A stretch of 64,000 nt of DNA from positions 4,573 through 68,572 of the forward strand of contig JBIOKR010000005.1 of NCBI GenBank assembly GCA_044451945.1, written 5' to 3'. The notes under the pieces are model-generated. The model saw only the letters and a program-made list of their open reading frames with translations. It had not been told where the DNA came from and did not search any database. The position numbers were made by a program, and so were the translations under genes. Position 1 is the first letter of the stretch. Every line of letters begins with the position of its first letter. The stretch comes from Candidatus Lutacidiplasmatales archaeon (GTDB lineage: Archaea; Thermoplasmatota; Thermoplasmata; Lutacidiplasmatales; UBA184). This document shows, one piece after another, positions 47,807 to 57,522 of the stretch.

Positions 47807-50800
47807 ATGGGCAGAAGGCTACCGCGGGCCGCCCTGTGGGCTCTCGTTGTCGTGATGCTGGCGAGTACGCTGGCATCGCTCACGGGGGCGCAGGCCGGCT
47901 CTTCGACGAACTACACCCTACAGGGGTATGTCGAGCAACCGGGGGCCGTGTCGCCCCCGCCGGTGCCTTCGGGAGTGACTGTCGATCTCGTCTCCTCGGC
48001 GACCCACCAGGTCTACTCGGCGCAGACTCTGGCGGGAACAAGCGGGCAGTTCAAGTTCAACGCTTCCAACACGCAGTCGGCGCTCGAGCCAGGCTGGTGG
48101 GGCGTCTACGTCCCGCCCCAGGCGCACGTGACCATCCCCGGCTGCTCGCCGTGCGCGGTCCTGCCGCTCAACTCTACCCCTCAGTATAGCTACCTCAACA
48201 ACTCGGACCTCACCACCGCCAACTACCCGGTCACGATCACCGGTGTCGCGCTGTTCCCCTACAACGCGACCATCTGGGGGAACGCCACCAGCGGCGGCCT
48301 CAACACCCCGGTCTCCGGCGCCACGGTCGAGCTGACCGCCCCCTCCTGGAACGGCTTCGTTCTCTCCTCGAACACGACGAACAAGACGGGGGGCTTCACC
48401 CTCTCCGCGCCCTGGTCTCCCGCCGGGAGCCCGTGGGTCGTGGAGACGATCGTCCCCGGTACCCCGAACCACTACAACTTCACGCAGCTGACCGTGGCGG
48501 CCTCGAAGGTCTCGGTCTCGCCGAACGTCAAGAACTTCCTGACCTGGGGGTACGTGAACCTCCTGTCCAACCCTTCGGCCCACGTGCCGAACGGGGGCAA
48601 CGCGACCCTCATCGACCCCTCGACCGGATACGTCTACTCGATGCCGACCCCCGCGGGCGGCTTCTACGCCGTCGGAACGTACCCCTCGAACTTCGCCGGA
48701 CCCGGCGTCCAGAAGTTCGACCTCGTCCTCTCGACGATCGGCTACGGGACGACCTGGTACCCGCTCAACGTCAGTGCCGCGAACCCGTCGTCCGGCGCGA
48801 ACCCGCACAACGTGCTCGTCTCGCCGGTTTCAGCGCCGAGCAGCTATCTCAGCACGCTCAACTTCTCCCAGGGGTTCGGCAAGCTCAACGTCACCACCGT
48901 CGCCTCGCTGACCAGCAACTCGGTCCTCCCCGAGCTCGCCAACGCGTCGGTCGGCGACCTCTGGGCTCAGCTGGCGCTCGACTGGCAGCACAATCTCACC
49001 TTCAACGCGGCGAACGCGCCGGGCGTGGAGAGCTGGGTCAACTCCTCGGGTCCGTTCTTCCCCGCCGGTCAGGCGATGACCACGGTGAACGGAACGGGAT
49101 TCGGGCAGCCGACCAACGACACGTTCACCCCGAGCAGCACGTGCGTGAGCTGGTGCGGCCTCAACTCGAGCGCCACGATGGGCTTCGTCTGGCACCAGAG
49201 CTACAACGTGACGGCGAAGATCGCCGGCTCCTCGAAGTCGTACACGCTCGCCTTCAACTTCAAGCACCCGACGAACTCGGAAGCGATGAACTACACCGTC
49301 GTCCTTCCCGCCGGCTACGTCCTCAACGCCGGCACGAGCGCGCCGGCGCAGTCCAAGCTCGTCACGGCGGGACCGGGCGGGACGTGGACCTCCTTCACGC
49401 TCGTCTCCCAGCCGTCGAGCTCCGCGGGCGGAAGCGCCTCGTTCACCGTCGTCAAGTACGGGAACATCACCGCGAGCGTCAACGTCTCGGTGTCGAACTT
49501 CGCGTTCTCCAAGCTCAACGTGCTCAACCACACCCGCGCGAATTACACGGTGATCCTGGGCGCGAAGGAGAACGCCACCTTCTCCGCCGTCAACTCGACG
49601 TTCGCCTCGGGGACCAACGGAACGAAGTACATCTGGAACTTCGGGGACCTTAGCCCGGTCCTCACCACCTCCAAGCCGACCACCAACCACACCTACAACG
49701 CGACGAGCGCGGCGATCAAGGGCTCTCTCGCCATCACCTCCTCGGGAGGCAAGAGCAGCTCGGCGAACTTCACCGTCTACGTGAGCTCGGGGGCGCCGAC
49801 CGCGGTCATCACGACCAACGCGAGCGCCGCCCAGACCCACGTGACGACGGGTGGGGTGACCTACCTGATGGTCAACTCCTCGGCGACGCTCAAGCTCAAC
49901 GCGTCGAAGAGCAGCTCGACCCTCTACTCCGGCGCCCCGGTCAAGGGCGTCATCTCGGTCGCGTACTGGAACATCTCGAGCTTCGGCTACAACAAGAGCG
50001 CGAACTACTCGGCGGGCGGAGGCGCGAATCCGCTCAACAACCTGACGCAACCGTTCCAGGGCGCGGGCCACTACCTGAGCTCCGGGATGGTCAACGGCAC
50101 GCCGGTCCCGATCTCCGCCTTCAAGCGAATGGGCGGCTGGCAGTACAACATCACCCTCAAGGTCTGGGACGGCGCCGGCGTGAGCTCGACCGCTAAGCTG
50201 GTCGTGCTCGTGCTCGACACCGAGAAACCGGTGCCGGTGGCGAACATCTACGACGCCAGCGGAAAGTCGATCTCCGCCTCGGGGGTCGTCGAGGGATCCA
50301 ACCACTCGGTCGAGGTCCAGCTGTCGGCGAAGAACACGACGGACCCGCACAACGGCTCCGTCACGTGGTACAACTGGTCAGTGACGAACAAGGGGAACAC
50401 CTCCGCCCACTGGACGTGGAACCTCTCCTCGGCCGCTCCGACGTACCCCGTGCCCGCGAACGTCATCCGGTGGCTCCCGCCGCAGGGGAAGCCCTACACG
50501 GTCAACCTCACGGTGACGGACCGCGCCGGGAACACGGCGTACACGACGATCGCGCTCACGGTGAGCGCGAACGCGAGCGCACGACCGGTCCTGTCGGTCT
50601 CGAACCTGACCGCCCCGTCGACGGTGACGGTCGGCTCGAGCTACACCGTCTGGGCGAACTTCACGACGACCGTCGGGCAGAACTCCACCTGCGACAACTT
50701 GACCGTGCGCTTCTACCTCTTGCCGCCGTCCGGCTCGGGCACCCCGATCTACATCGGCGGCTCCCCGGGCAGCGTCCAGTTCTACGGGTACGTCAACGGG

Positions 50801-51190
50801 ACCGTCAACTCGAGCGCCACCTCGGCGCCGGGCGGCGTCCTTGCGAAGCTCCCGTACAACCAGACGGTGCGCGCCCAGCTGAGCGGCTGGTCGCCGGCGC
50901 GCGTCGGCACTTGGGACATCTGGGTGAACGGCACCTGCACGAACGAGTTCGCGGCCGACCTCTCCGGTGGCGCCAACCAGGCGCACAACGGCCTCGTGAT
51001 CAACCAGAACCCGATCGTCCTGACCGAGGAGATCCTCGGGGTCATCGGTATCGTCGCGGGGGTCATCGCCGTCCTATTGTTCTGGAACTTCCGGCTGCGC
51101 GGCAAGGGCGGAAAGCCCGTCGGCACCAAGGGCGGCTCCAGCAAGTCGACGTCCAAGAAGGACGACGACGAGGATGAGGACGAAGCCTAG
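47807..51190 (+). CDS. Large secreted PKD/Ig-domain surface glycoprotein with a C-terminal TM anchor
   Basis: Signal peptide, WNFGD PKD motif, YTVNLTVTDRAGN, very many N-x-S/T sequons, TM ILGVIGIVAGVIAVLLFW, charged tail. Confidence 0.85.
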   Translation: MGRRLPRAALWALVVVMLASTLASLTGAQAGSSTNYTLQGYVEQPGAVSPPPVPSGVTVDLVSSATHQVYSAQTLAGTSGQFKFNASNTQSALEPGWWGVYVPPQAHVTIPGCSPCAVLPLNSTPQYSYLNNSDLTTANYPVTITGVALFPYNATIWGNATSGGLNTPVSGATVELTAPSWNGFVLSSNTTNKTGGFTLSAPWSPAGSPWVVETIVPGTPNHYNFTQLTVAASKVSVSPNVKNFLTWGYVNLLSNPSAHVPNGGNATLIDPSTGYVYSMPTPAGGFYAVGTYPSNFAGPGVQKFDLVLSTIGYGTTWYPLNVSAANPSSGANPHNVLVSPVSAPSSYLSTLNFSQGFGKLNVTTVASLTSNSVLPELANASVGDLWAQLALDWQHNLTFNAANAPGVESWVNSSGPFFPAGQAMTTVNGTGFGQPTNDTFTPSSTCVSWCGLNSSATMGFVWHQSYNVTAKIAGSSKSYTLAFNFKHPTNSEAMNYTVVLPAGYVLNAGTSAPAQSKLVTAGPGGTWTSFTLVSQPSSSAGGSASFTVVKYGNITASVNVSVSNFAFSKLNVLNHTRANYTVILGAKENATFSAVNSTFASGTNGTKYIWNFGDLSPVLTTSKPTTNHTYNATSAAIKGSLAITSSGGKSSSANFTVYVSSGAPTAVITTNASAAQTHVTTGGVTYLMVNSSATLKLNASKSSSTLYSGAPVKGVISVAYWNISSFGYNKSANYSAGGGANPLNNLTQPFQGAGHYLSSGMVNGTPVPISAFKRMGGWQYNITLKVWDGAGVSSTAKLVVLVLDTEKPVPVANIYDASGKSISASGVVEGSNHSVEVQLSAKNTTDPHNGSVTWYNWSVTNKGNTSAHWTWNLSSAAPTYPVPANVIRWLPPQGKPYTVNLTVTDRAGNTAYTTIALTVSANASARPVLSVSNLTAPSTVTVGSSYTVWANFTTTVGQNSTCDNLTVRFYLLPPSGSGTPIYIGGSPGSVQFYGYVNGTVNSSATSAPGGVLAKLPYNQTVRAQLSGWSPARVGTWDIWVNGTCTNEFAADLSGGANQAHNGLVINQNPIVLTEEILGVIGIVAGVIAVLLFWNFRLRGKGGKPVGTKGGSSKSTSKKDDDEDEDEA

Positions 51191-51359
51191 CGATCGCTAG
51201 GGCCTAGAAGGCTCCGAAGCCAACCCATTCCGAACGCGGCCGTCCTCGGCCGCGGTGGATTCCCAACGGCGGGCCTTGAGGCCCAACGTTTCGCAGGTAC
51301 GGCCGGCGGTCAGGCAGGACAGAGGACCGATGGCAGCGGGAACGGCCCAGCGGGCCGGC

Positions 51360-51557
51360 TCACCCGTAGGGTCCGACCTCGTCCAGGAGGTCGACGTGGG
51401 TCAGGACCATCCTTCGGCAGCAGTAGCGGCTCATCCCGAGGGCATCGAGGACGGCACCCGCGGGTTCGCCGCGGGCCGTCCGCTCCCGGAACTCGTCCCA
51501 GTTCTGCCCGATGACGGCTCCGCAGGTGAAGCACCGCACGGGGATCATCATCGTCAT
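51360..51557 (-). CDS. rpoN: RNA polymerase subunit Rpo10 (N)
   Basis: MIPVRCFTCG and RYCCRRM. Confidence 0.96.
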   Translation of the reverse strand: MTMMIPVRCFTCGAVIGQNWDEFRERTARGEPAGAVLDALGMSRYCCRRMVLTHVDLLDEVGPYG

Positions 51558-51579
51558 GGGGTACGCTCCGGCGGTTTCC

Positions 51580-51987
51580 TCACCGATAGGACTTCTGGCG
51601 GCGCTTGCGCGCGCCTCGCCCACCCGGGCGCTTTGGCAGCTTTCGCCGCGGGTCGTTGACGAGCAGCGAGCGGTCGTAGTGCTTGAACATCTCCTCGAGA
51701 TGCGAGTCCTTCAGCCAGGAGAGAAGGCCCCGCGCCACGGCGGTGCGGGCGGCGCTCGCCTGGCCCATGATCCCGCCACCCTGCACGTCCACGCTGATGT
51801 CGAGGCTCTTCCAGCGGTCCCCGACCATGAGTAGCGGCTCCTGGATCTTCTGGCGGACGAGCTCGGGCTCGTAGATCTCGAGCGGCTTTCGATTGACGCG
51901 GACGAGACCGGTCCCCTTGCGGACGCTCGCCCGGGCGATCGCCTCCTTCCTCTTGCCGGTGGCGAGGACGATCTGGGGAGCCTTCAC
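51580..51987 (-). CDS. rps9: 30S ribosomal protein S9
   Basis: GKRKEAIARA, GGGIMGQA and GARKRRQKSYR. Confidence 0.97.
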   Translation of the reverse strand: MKAPQIVLATGKRKEAIARASVRKGTGLVRVNRKPLEIYEPELVRQKIQEPLLMVGDRWKSLDISVDVQGGGIMGQASAARTAVARGLLSWLKDSHLEEMFKHYDRSLLVNDPRRKLPKRPGGRGARKRRQKSYR

Positions 51988-52580
51988 ACGCGGGCTCCGA
52001 GAAGGCGGGAGATCTCTTCGAGGGTCATCGGGGCGCGCAGCGCGGGACGGGCTTTCGCCTGTTCGATGATAAGGCGCGGGGAACCCGAGTACTCTCCGGG
52101 CGCTCCGATGTAGACCGTGAGGCGGTCGAGCGCCTCCTTGCCGCGGGTCTTCAAGTGGGGCAGCATGCCGCGAACGGTCCGCCGGAAGATCCGGTCGGGG
52201 TACCTCGGGTAGTGGGGTCCGGTCCGCTTGGAGCCGCGGGCCCGGTTCGCGACGTAGAACGATAGGATGTTCTCGCGGGAACCCGTGACGACGCTCTTCT
52301 CGGCGTTGAGGACGACGATCGTGTCGCCCTGCAGGAGCTTCTTGGCGATGAGGCTCGCCGCGCGGCCGAGCACGAGCCCGTTGGCATCGACGACCTTGGC
52401 ACCCGGGATCGCCATCGTGGGCGCCGGGCTGGGCTTCGTCACCGCGACCGCCGCGGCAGGGGCGGCGGGCTTCGGGCTCGCCGGGGCGCTTGCCGGTCGG
52501 GGAGGCCTTGCCGGGCGCTTCGCTGGCACGGCGGCGGGGGCCGCCGGAGGGCTCGCGGGAGCCGGTGGAGCATCAGGCAA
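51984..52580 (-). CDS. rpl13: 50S ribosomal protein L13 (alternative ATG start at 52415)
   Basis: VVDANGLVLGRAAS, NAEK and PDRIFRRTVRGMLP. Confidence 0.93.
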   Translation of the reverse strand: MPDAPPAPASPPAAPAAVPAKRPARPPRPASAPASPKPAAPAAAVAVTKPSPAPTMAIPGAKVVDANGLVLGRAASLIAKKLLQGDTIVVLNAEKSVVTGSRENILSFYVANRARGSKRTGPHYPRYPDRIFRRTVRGMLPHLKTRGKEALDRLTVYIGAPGEYSGSPRLIIEQAKARPALRAPMTLEEISRLLGARV

Positions 52581-52938
52581 GGAGTCTAACCCCCGACCCG
52601 TCCGGCTTCGCCTTGATGAGCTCCTCGATGGTGAGCGCCTTGCCTCCGGCGCCGTGGATCTTCTGCCGGGCGCGCCCAGAGTATCCCCACGCGGCGACGG
52701 TGATCGGCTTGCCGATCTCCCCGTGGGCGAGCAGCTTTCCGGCGACCACGACCGTGTCGTTCGCCTCGGCCAAGCGCTCGAGGTGGCCGACGTTGAGCGG
52801 GGTCGTCTGGTGCCGTGGCCGGTTCAACCTCTCAGCGACCGCTCCCCAGATGGGGGCGGAGTTCGCCCGGGACGCTCGCCGCAGCTCGATGAGCGTGCGA
52901 ACGAGCTCGGGATTCTCCTTGCGAATCGTACGGAGCAT
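52573..52938 (-). CDS. rpl18e: 50S ribosomal protein L18e
   Basis: KENPEL, APIWGAVAERL, VVVAGKLL and KIHGAGGK. TATA box CTTATAT at about 52971-52977. Confidence 0.95.
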   Translation of the reverse strand: MLRTIRKENPELVRTLIELRRASRANSAPIWGAVAERLNRPRHQTTPLNVGHLERLAEANDTVVVAGKLLAHGEIGKPITVAAWGYSGRARQKIHGAGGKALTIEELIKAKPDGSGVRLLA

Positions 52939-53100
52939 GGGCGTAGGGACCGGCGCGACCCGGGTGGCTCATATAAGCGTTGCCGCGGTTTTTTCCGATC
53001 CTCGAACTCGTCTTTCTTCGAGGGGCGCGGAACCGCTCATCGGTGCAAATGCCCGCCAACGATTAAATACGCCGGCCCGCCATCCGCCGCCGAGGACGCC

Positions 53101-53343
53101 ATGCGAAAGTTCCTGACCGAGCTCCGGGGAAAGACCGTGATGACCAATGACGGCCAGATCCTCGGGATGATCGAGAACTTCGTCGTCGACACGACGACGG
53201 GGGGGATCGCCCACGTTCTCGTCACGCCCAGCGAGGACGTCGAGCCCCGCCTGTTCCAGACCGACGGCTCCGGCCGGCTCGTGCTCCCTTTCAAGAGCAT
53301 GCGAGCCGTCAAGGACGTCGTCGTGATGGAAGTTGGGAAGTGA
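53101..53343 (+). CDS. PRC-barrel domain protein
   Basis: LRGKTVMTNDGQILGMIENFVVDTTTG...AVKDVVVM. ATTAAATA lies upstream. Confidence 0.85.
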   Translation: MRKFLTELRGKTVMTNDGQILGMIENFVVDTTTGGIAHVLVTPSEDVEPRLFQTDGSGRLVLPFKSMRAVKDVVVMEVGK

Positions 53344-54160
53344 CCCCACCGGACCCGCCTTCGTCTCGGTCGTCGTAACCGTCAAGAACGAATCGCGGCA
53401 TCTCCGCCACCTCTTCGAGAGCCTCCGGGGCCAGGAGGCGCCGTTCGAGGTCGTCCTCGTCGATGCGCTCTCGCGCGACGGCACGTTCGAGATCGCCAAG
53501 GAGTACGAGCGCAACTTCCCTGGCATGTTCCGGGCGTTCCAGCGCTACGGCTCACGGGGCATCGGCCGCAACGTCGGGGTCCACGAGGCCCGGGGGGAGT
53601 TCGTGGCGTTCATCGACGGCGACTGCTTCGCCGACTCCCGATGGCTCCACCAGCTGCGGGGAGGCTTCCAGTCGGTGGACGTCGTCGCCGGCAAGACGGT
53701 GAACGTCGGTCAGGGGAAGTACGCCGAGCTCGAGCGGGTCGAGCTGTTCGAGCGCGGGAGCGATGTGACGTTCCCCTCGTGCAACCTGGGTTATCGAAAG
53801 GCGCTCTTTGACCGTCTCGGCGGCTTCGACCCGCGGTTCATCACCGCCGAGGACATCGACCTCAATCTGAGGGCGGTGCAGTCGGGGGCGACGGTCCTCT
53901 CCGTACCGGAGGCGGTCGTCTATCACCAGGTCCGCGCCACGTTCGTCCGCTTCCTCTACCAGGCGTTCTGGAACGGCTACGGCCGAAAGCAGCTCACCGA
54001 GAAGCACGGCAACCTCTGGGGCGCGTACCGGTTGAGGCGCCTCTTGGCCGGACAGAAGGGACCGATCGCCTGGGCGAGGCTTTGCGCGGCGCTGTTCGGC
54101 TACGTGTCGCGCGTGTTCACCGGCGGAGGGCATCGGCTCTCCACGCCGCGCCGCAGCTGA
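53333..54160 (+). CDS. Glycosyltransferase family 2
   Basis: VSVVVTVKNE, VDALSRDGT, AFIDGD, GGFD and AEDIDL. Confidence 0.9.
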   Translation: MGSDPTGPAFVSVVVTVKNESRHLRHLFESLRGQEAPFEVVLVDALSRDGTFEIAKEYERNFPGMFRAFQRYGSRGIGRNVGVHEARGEFVAFIDGDCFADSRWLHQLRGGFQSVDVVAGKTVNVGQGKYAELERVELFERGSDVTFPSCNLGYRKALFDRLGGFDPRFITAEDIDLNLRAVQSGATVLSVPEAVVYHQVRATFVRFLYQAFWNGYGRKQLTEKHGNLWGAYRLRRLLAGQKGPIAWARLCAALFGYVSRVFTGGGHRLSTPRRS

Positions 54161-54229
54161 GCTCCACGGCGTCCGACGTCGACCGGCGCCCCGAGGGGCC
54201 GTTTCGCCATCGTCCACTTCCCGGAGGGG

Positions 54230-55219
54230 TCACACGGTCTGGACCGAGGAGAGGGTGAATCCGGACCCGTGGCGGGCGAGGTCCATGAGCGCGGTCGCGG
54301 ACGCGTTCGTCCAGCCCGAGGCCTGGACGTCGACCTCACCGGCGACCGAGACGATCAGGCGGTACTGATGGTGACGGAGGACGGTGCCCGTGAACCGGTA
54401 AGCGAAGCCAGCGCTGCTGCCGACGAAGAACGAGGAGGACGGCGTGGTCGTCGTCGAATTATGGCTCCAACCGGTCCAGTGGCTGACTCCTCGGCCGCTA
54501 ATCTTGACCCAATGCTGCCAGGACCAGTCGAAGAGTGTGGAGCTCGATGAATTGTTCTGGGCGAGCGGGAGGATGTCGAAGGTCGGCCAGTCCATGTAGC
54601 TGTTGCTGTCGTTAACGTCCTCGAGGAAGAAGGTCGCCGCGAGATTCGCGACCGACCCGACCTGGCAACTGCCGTACGCGCCCACCGAAGTAACCCGGTA
54701 GACACCGAACCAGGAGTGGGAGGTGTAGGTGCTGCGGACGGTGGCGGGATGCCGGCAGGTGCCGTTCGTCCATTCGGCCCCACTTACCGTCCAAGCGACC
54801 GACCCGTTGACGAACGCCGTATGGTTACCCGCTCCGGGGAAGTTCACCGGGATCGACAACGTCAACGCAACATCCGCCAGGGCGCTGCTGTCGTGGAAAC
54901 CGGTCACCATGGAAGGACACGTCGGCGACCGGGCCGCCGCCAGCCAGCCGCCCACCCCGGTTCGCAAGTGGAATTGCGGCCCGGAAGCGAGTTTTTCGGC
55001 CCCGCAGTTCGTCGCGCCGACCGTGATGCTTCTCGTCACCGAGCCCGAGAACCCCGCCGGCCGGCCCGACGAGGCGGGGTGGCCGCTGACTCCGACCGGC
55101 AGGATGAGCAGGAGCACGATGCTCGCCACGCCGATCGCCGCGGGGGGCGTGCGCCGAGCTCGAGGTCGCGATTGGGCCAGCGGGCGGGCAAAGTCGGTCC
55201 GAGTCCGTGGTTCGCCCAT
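54230..55219 (-). CDS. Secreted Cys-containing beta-rich protein (paralogue family member C)
   Basis: Signal-like IGVASIVLLLILPVGVSG. Motif GFSG...C...FHLRTGVG...C, C-terminus DLARHGSGFTLSSVQTV. Confidence 0.75.
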   Translation of the reverse strand: MGEPRTRTDFARPLAQSRPRARRTPPAAIGVASIVLLLILPVGVSGHPASSGRPAGFSGSVTRSITVGATNCGAEKLASGPQFHLRTGVGGWLAAARSPTCPSMVTGFHDSSALADVALTLSIPVNFPGAGNHTAFVNGSVAWTVSGAEWTNGTCRHPATVRSTYTSHSWFGVYRVTSVGAYGSCQVGSVANLAATFFLEDVNDSNSYMDWPTFDILPLAQNNSSSSTLFDWSWQHWVKISGRGVSHWTGWSHNSTTTTPSSSFFVGSSAGFAYRFTGTVLRHHQYRLIVSVAGEVDVQASGWTNASATALMDLARHGSGFTLSSVQTV

Positions 55220-55248
55220 CCCCTTCACCATACCCTGTTCAAGCCCTC

Positions 55249-56460
55249 TCAGCCTACCGTGATGGAAGAGAGCCGGAACCCCCGACCCAACGTCGCGAAG
55301 TCGAACGCCCAGTCGGCACCGCCGTGCCTCCAGTAGCTGCTCGCGGACATCGCCCCCTGAACCCCGATCTGGATCGCGTAGTGGTGGCCCGCGCGGAACA
55401 CCGGTGTCCACCACCAGGCGCCTCGAAGCACGCCCGAGCTTGACCAATTGACGTGGCCCAGGGTGCCGGAGGTCGACGAAGCGGTCGGGGCGTAGACGGT
55501 AATGAGTGACGAGAGAGTCCAGTTGAGGCTCGTGCAGGTCCACGGGTAGTTGAAATTCGTCGGCCAGCTCCCGCTGTTATTGTTCGGACCGTTCCCGTAC
55601 CACTCCTGGGCGGAATCACAGAACCAGTCGGTGTAGTTCGTCACCTCGAGGGTGGCGGAGAAGAGAGTCCCTCCGACGCCGACGCTGCTTCCCCCGAGAC
55701 GGACGGCTCTGCCGGTCGTCGTGTCGATGAGGAGTGCGGAAGCCCAGAGGGCGACGGACACGGTGGAGTGGCACAGCCCGTATTGGCCGGATTCCCGGTA
55801 ATGGTACCAGGTGGTGGTATTGTTCAGATGGAACGGCCCGGGCGGCAGGGTCGCTCCGTACGACCGGTTCCCCCAAGAACCGTTCGTCGTGTCGTTCCAG
55901 GTTTCGTTGAAGCTCGGGAAGGTGGTGGTATTCGTCGTCGCGTTGTAGGCGCCGTTCCACCCGGTGGCGTTGTACGCTCCCGTGTAGGTAACGACCTCGT
56001 CGCAGCGCCCCGACCGACTTCCGCTGGTCGCCACCGCCGCGACCTTCCACGAGAAATCCGCCTTCACGGTGACGTTTTTCGCTCCCACGGGCGGATGGAT
56101 AGGTAAGGCGGCCTCGAAGCCCCCCGTCGCCGACACGGACCCTCCCAAGGTCCGGGATCCCGCCAGGCACGTTCCTGCCCGAGCCGTTGATCCGGCCGAA
56201 CCGACCCCGCGGTGCAGGTGAAACACCCACGACGACGAGACGTTGACGCTGGCGCACGGGTTCTGTATGTAGAGATTCGTCGCCGCCCCTGCGCCCTGGA
56301 ACGGGGGGCCGACCGTGACCGACCGGGAAGGGCCCGCCGGTGACCCGGCCGATAGCAGGAGGAGCACCACCAGCCCAACGCCCGCGCCCCCGAGTCCGCC
56401 GAGGAAAGGGCGGCGCCGGGCAGCTCGATTCGTCCGTCGGGGAGCGGCCCCGGGGGACAT
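55249..56460 (-). CDS. Secreted Cys-containing beta-rich protein (paralogue family member D)
   Basis: Signal-like GVGLVVLLLLSAG. Motif PPFQG...C...FHLHRGVG...C, C-terminus DFATLGRGFRLSSITVG. Confidence 0.78.
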   Translation of the reverse strand: MSPGAAPRRTNRAARRRPFLGGLGGAGVGLVVLLLLSAGSPAGPSRSVTVGPPFQGAGAATNLYIQNPCASVNVSSSWVFHLHRGVGSAGSTARAGTCLAGSRTLGGSVSATGGFEAALPIHPPVGAKNVTVKADFSWKVAAVATSGSRSGRCDEVVTYTGAYNATGWNGAYNATTNTTTFPSFNETWNDTTNGSWGNRSYGATLPPGPFHLNNTTTWYHYRESGQYGLCHSTVSVALWASALLIDTTTGRAVRLGGSSVGVGGTLFSATLEVTNYTDWFCDSAQEWYGNGPNNNSGSWPTNFNYPWTCTSLNWTLSSLITVYAPTASSTSGTLGHVNWSSSGVLRGAWWWTPVFRAGHHYAIQIGVQGAMSASSYWRHGGADWAFDFATLGRGFRLSSITVG

Positions 56461-56671
56461 TGAAGGGCTTGTCGGCTCGACGGGAGCGCCCAGGTGAAGA
56501 CCCTCGGTCCGGAGGACATCCCGGTGCTATTTACGGGTCGTGGCCACGTCGTGGCCACAGAGGCTACACGGACACCCCGAGCGGCCCGGGCGTGAGGGCC
56601 CGGGTCCATCCCACGCAGGGCGGGCCGACCCGTCAGGGCGACGACCGTCGCCCGAGAGTCGATCGGCCGGT

Positions 56672-57031
56672 CTAGCCGGTCTTGAGCAGCTCGGCGACCT
56701 TCATGACCTCGCCCAAGGTCCGGGCCGCATCCGCGCTCTGGTCGACGACCGCCACGAGCAGCGCCTTCTTGCCGCTCCCGACGATGATCGTCTTGGAATC
56801 GGTACCTTCGATGACGATCCGCTCCGGAGGGGAGCGGTTGAGCTCGGTGTTCGCGGTCGCGGCCGCTCCGAGGATGGTGGCGCACATGATGGCGAACGTC
56901 TCGGTGTAGACGCCGGCCGGCACGTCGGCGTACAGCACGAGCCCGTCGCGCGAGACGAGCGCAGCGGCCACGCCGTTGATCTTTCCTTTGAGGTCCTTGA
57001 TGACCGACCCCACGTTCCCTGTTGCCATCAT
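56672..57031 (-). CDS. Roadblock/LC7 domain protein
   Basis: INGVAAALVSRDGL and ETFAIMCATILGAAATA. Confidence 0.88.
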   Translation of the reverse strand: MMATGNVGSVIKDLKGKINGVAAALVSRDGLVLYADVPAGVYTETFAIMCATILGAAATANTELNRSPPERIVIEGTDSKTIIVGSGKKALLVAVVDQSADAARTLGEVMKVAELLKTG

Positions 57032-57043
57032 TCCCGGATACCC

Positions 57044-57445
57044 CTACATCTCCTCAATATGGAATCGACATTCTGTCTGGCCGACGCTCGCGCACGCCTC
57101 TTCTGTACACTTGACGCGCGAGCCCTTAAAACGTTCGTAGAACTCCCTCAGGATACCCCGTAGCCGGTGGCAGGTCGGAATCTCGCTCGACGAGACCTCG
57201 ATCGAGCCGCGGACGACGACATCCCCGTCCTTGAACGTGATATCCTCGATCCAGCCGCGCTCTTTGAGGAGCTCTCCGGCCTTCTGGAAGTAGTGCGCGC
57301 GGTCCTTGAGGGCCTCCTCGGCCATCTCGACCCCGATGACGGAGCCTTCCTTGAAGAAGAGACCGTGGCAGGCGTGGGACATCACGCCCTCGTAAAGCTC
57401 CTTGATCTTGTGGAGCTCTTCCTGGTCGAACTTGACGGTGCGCAT
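57044..57445 (-). CDS. V4R domain protein
   Basis: PTCHRLRGIL, EEACASVG and CRFHIE. TATA box CCTATATA about 27 nt upstream. Confidence 0.82.
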   Translation of the reverse strand: MRTVKFDQEELHKIKELYEGVMSHACHGLFFKEGSVIGVEMAEEALKDRAHYFQKAGELLKERGWIEDITFKDGDVVVRGSIEVSSSEIPTCHRLRGILREFYERFKGSRVKCTEEACASVGQTECRFHIEEM

Positions 57446-57522
57446 CGCCGAGCTTGGGACCGCCGGTCTATCTATATAGGACTTCCGCGGCGGCGGCACC
57501 GGCGTGACGGAGGAGCGCGGCG

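Noticed and set aside
51187-51359. Hairpins and palindromes downstream of rpoN, where a tRNA is often found
   Set aside because: No tRNA fold; probably terminator-like structures between convergent genes.
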